Assembly (NCBI GenBank): GCA_037975925.1
Contig: JBANFR010000002.1
Coordinates: forward strand, 4,041-68,040
Length of the DNA: 64,000 nucleotides
Origin: Verrucomicrobiota bacterium
Lineage (GTDB): Bacteria > Verrucomicrobiota > Verrucomicrobiia > Chthoniobacterales > Chthoniobacteraceae
Direction of reading: 5' to 3'
Each line of letters opens with the position of its first letter. The first letter of the stretch is position 1. Below, piece after piece: positions 61,752 to 64,000 of the stretch. The translations under genes and the position numbers were made by a program. The notes under the pieces are model-generated. The model did not search any database. It was not told where the DNA came from and saw nothing but the letters and a program-made list of their open reading frames with translations.

Positions 61752-63557
61752 CTAATTTGTTTTGAGAACCTCGATGAAGGCTTCCTGCGGAATGTTCACG
61801 CGACCGATCGCTTTCATGCGCTTCTTTCCTTCCTTTTGTTTCTCCAAGAGCTTTCTCTTTCGGGAGATGTCTCCGCCGTAACACTTTGCGGTGACGTTCT
61901 TTCGCTGTGCGGAAACGCTTTCACGGGCGATGATTTTGCCGCCGATGGCCGCCTGGATCGCAACCTGGAACAGTTGAGAGGGAATCACTTCCTTCAACTT
62001 TGCAGCCAATGCCCGACCACGGCTCTCGGCTTTGTCGCGGTGCACAATGCTCGAGAAGGCGTCCACAGGTTCTCCATTCACCAGAATATCGAGCTTTACC
62101 AGCTTCGATGCGCGGTGTTCTGCATGCTCATAATCCATGGAGCCATAACCCCGCGTGATGGATTTTATCTTGTCGACAAAATCCACAAGAATCTCGTTGA
62201 GCGGTAGTTCTGTTGTGAGCATTACCCGCCGCGTGTCGAGCGATTCCGTATGTTTGACCTCCCCGCGTTTCTCCATGATGAGCTGCATGAGAGCGGAAAT
62301 GTTCTCGTTGGGAATCATCAGGAAGCACCGCACCATGGGTTCACGAATTTCAGCAATGACGCTTGGGTCAGGCATGAACTCCGGGTTGTCCACCAAGAGC
62401 ATTTCGCCGTTCGTCTTGAAGATCTGGTAGATGACCGATGGATAGGTGGCGATAATGTCCATCCCGAACTCCCTCCGGAGCCTTTCTTGGATGATCTCCA
62501 TGTGGAGAAGTCCCAGGAAGCCACAGCGGAATCCGAACCCGAGGGCGACGGAGCTCTCCGCTTGGAAAACGAAGGCCGCGTCGTTGAGTTGGAGTTTCCC
62601 CATGGCGGTCTTGAGGTGCTCGAAATCTGCGGTGTTGATCGGGTAGATCCCACTGAAAACCATGGGCTGAATTTCTTGAAATCCAGGCAGGGGTTCATCG
62701 GCAGCCTGCCTGCCGCTCGTGAGCGTGTCTCCCACCTTGACCTCGCTGCTGGCCTTGATGTTGGCGATCACATACCCTACATCCCCGCATTCCAAAGTGG
62801 GCTGAGCGACGAACTTCGGATGGGTCGCGCGGAAGATGCCCACTTCCTTCACCTCGTATTGTTGGTTGGTCGCCATCAGTTTGACGGGGTCGCCTGCTTT
62901 GATGCTCCCATCCACGACTCGCACGTGAACCACGACGCCACGGTAAGTGTCGAATGCGGAGTCGAATACCAAAGCACGCAGTCGGGCGTCGGGACTGCCC
63001 TGGGGCGCAGGGATGCGTGCCACCACGGCCTCCAAGATGTCCTCGATTCCAATACCGGCCTTCGCGCTTGCCAGGACCGCCTCGTCTGCCGGGATCGCGA
63101 TGATGTCCTCGAGTTGCTTGCGGACCGTTGGGAGGTCGGAATTAGGGAGATCGATTTTGTTGATGACCGGGACGATGGCGAGTCCCTGTTTCATTGCCAG
63201 GTGAACATTTGCCACGGTTTGCGCTTCCACGCCTTGAGCAGCATCGACCACAAGGATTGCCCCCTCGCAGGCGGCGAGCGAGCGTGACACTTCGTAGGCA
63301 AAATCAACATGCCCGGGCGTGTCCATCAGGTTCAGCTTGTATTCTAAGCCGTCCTTCGCGCGGTAGGTCATCGCCACGGGGTGCGACTTGATCGTGATGC
63401 CCCTCTCCCTTTCTAAATCCATCGCGTCCAGTAGCTGCTCCTGGGATTCGCGCTTTTCAATGGTGCCGGTGAACTCCAGCAATCGGTCGGAAAGAGTCGT
63501 CTTTCCGTGGTCGATGTGTGCAATGATGCAAAAGTTTCGGGTGCGTGAGTTCGACAT
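61752..63557 (-). CDS. lepA: translation elongation factor 4
   Basis: RNFCIIAHIDHGKTTLSDRLL, DTPGHVDF and the characteristic LepA C-terminal domain (...KCYGGDISRKRKLLEKQKEGKKRMK) are present. Confidence 0.97.
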   Translation of the reverse strand: MSNSRTRNFCIIAHIDHGKTTLSDRLLEFTGTIEKRESQEQLLDAMDLERERGITIKSHPVAMTYRAKDGLEYKLNLMDTPGHVDFAYEVSRSLAACEGAILVVDAAQGVEAQTVANVHLAMKQGLAIVPVINKIDLPNSDLPTVRKQLEDIIAIPADEAVLASAKAGIGIEDILEAVVARIPAPQGSPDARLRALVFDSAFDTYRGVVVHVRVVDGSIKAGDPVKLMATNQQYEVKEVGIFRATHPKFVAQPTLECGDVGYVIANIKASSEVKVGDTLTSGRQAADEPLPGFQEIQPMVFSGIYPINTADFEHLKTAMGKLQLNDAAFVFQAESSVALGFGFRCGFLGLLHMEIIQERLRREFGMDIIATYPSVIYQIFKTNGEMLLVDNPEFMPDPSVIAEIREPMVRCFLMIPNENISALMQLIMEKRGEVKHTESLDTRRVMLTTELPLNEILVDFVDKIKSITRGYGSMDYEHAEHRASKLVKLDILVNGEPVDAFSSIVHRDKAESRGRALAAKLKEVIPSQLFQVAIQAAIGGKIIARESVSAQRKNVTAKCYGGDISRKRKLLEKQKEGKKRMKAIGRVNIPQEAFIEVLKTN

Positions 63558-63691
63558 AAAGCGAGTGCGGCCTGAATTGGCAGGTTAGAAACTATGGTGG
63601 TGTGATGGCGAAGGGTCAACCGGTGAGGCGTCAAGTTGTCAGGATGATGGAGTCGATGGACGCGCCCTTCGGGAACGGTTATGGAAGAGGG

Positions 63692-64000
63692 ATGTCAGGT
63701 GGCACTTTATGCGAAGACTCAGTGGTGGAGAGGGTTCTTTCCGGGAGCCGCATTTCCGTGGAGGACGCCAAACAGTTGTACGCTCTTCCGCTCGCTGAAC
63801 TTGGAGCCCTGGCCCACCGTCGTCGAAACCTGGCCAAGCAGTCCAGTTACGGGGGGCGGGGAACAGAAGTCGTGACCTACATCGTGGACAGGAACGTGAA
63901 CTACACCAATGTGTGCAACGTTTACTGCAAGTTTTGCGCGTTCTACCGGACGGCGAAGGACGACGACCATTACGTTCTGAGTTTATCGGAGTTGGAGGAA
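63692..64000 (+). CDS. radical-SAM enzyme of the futalosine menaquinone pathway (MqnE/MqnC/CofH-type), N-terminal fragment running off the window
   Basis: Not in the ORF track because there is no stop in the window. The ATG at 63692 gives [97 protein letters not shown]... The CxxxCxxC-type cluster motif [15 protein letters not shown] is present. Confidence 0.65.
   Translation, partial: MSGGTLCEDSVVERVLSGSRISVEDAKQLYALPLAELGALAHRRRNLAKQSSYGGRGTEVVTYIVDRNVNYTNVCNVYCKFCAFYRTAKDDDHYVLSLSELEE

Noticed and set aside
1-64000. A window-wide search for CRISPR arrays, rRNA genes, transposases or IS elements, prophage genes, toxin-antitoxin pairs and known defence-system components.
   Set aside because: I saw no regularly spaced direct repeats, rRNA-like segments, transposase or integrase motifs, or nuclease/ATPase defence signatures in any frame I read.

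Overview
High-GC bacterial chromosomal window. The gene content suggests a PVC-group or Verrucomicrobiota-like organism, but that is inference only. I support about 58 protein-coding genes, one tRNA-Pro(GGG), one interrupted gene, several intrinsic terminators and one sigma28-like promoter. I saw no rRNA, CRISPR array, transposase, integrase or recognisable defence genes.

Most of the window is housekeeping: purD (fragment), rpmG-rpsR, fabD, argG, infA, serS-tilS, a PDH-type E2, uvrB, cdsA-dxr, gltB, lepA and a futalosine-pathway radical-SAM fragment. Interspersed with these are transport modules (a MacB/FtsX-type ABC, a GldA/F/G-like ABC plus DUF4340, a CNG K+ channel and an MscS channel), regulators (ECF sigma/anti-sigma, LacI, MarR, Lrp-like and DksA-like) and secreted PQQ-like beta-propellers. 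Many neighbouring genes overlap by ATGA or TAATG, which indicates translational coupling.

The one clearly accessory-looking block is about 27.4-39.8 kb. It holds five genes encoding TPR-fused glycosyltransferase modules: three SPINDLY/GT41-like modules (two of them fused in one 1476-aa protein), one GT-A-like domain and one GT2. They lie directly beside two tandem short (276-aa) flagellin paralogs that sit behind a sigma28-like promoter. I read this as a candidate multi-enzyme flagellin glycosylation locus, which is a hypothesis and not a demonstrated function.

Other points worth a second look:
- A UPF0261 (Tm-1-like) protein fused to a cNMP-binding domain that is a close paralog of the K+ channel's cNMP domain 28 kb away.
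- An MscS gene interrupted by a single in-frame TGA.
- A 2-Cys DksA homolog with a long basic tail.
- An S41 peptidase homolog that appears to lack its serine nucleophile.
- An ABC transporter translationally coupled to a C39-like peptidase.

All similarity statements come from reading the translations by eye. No database search was run.
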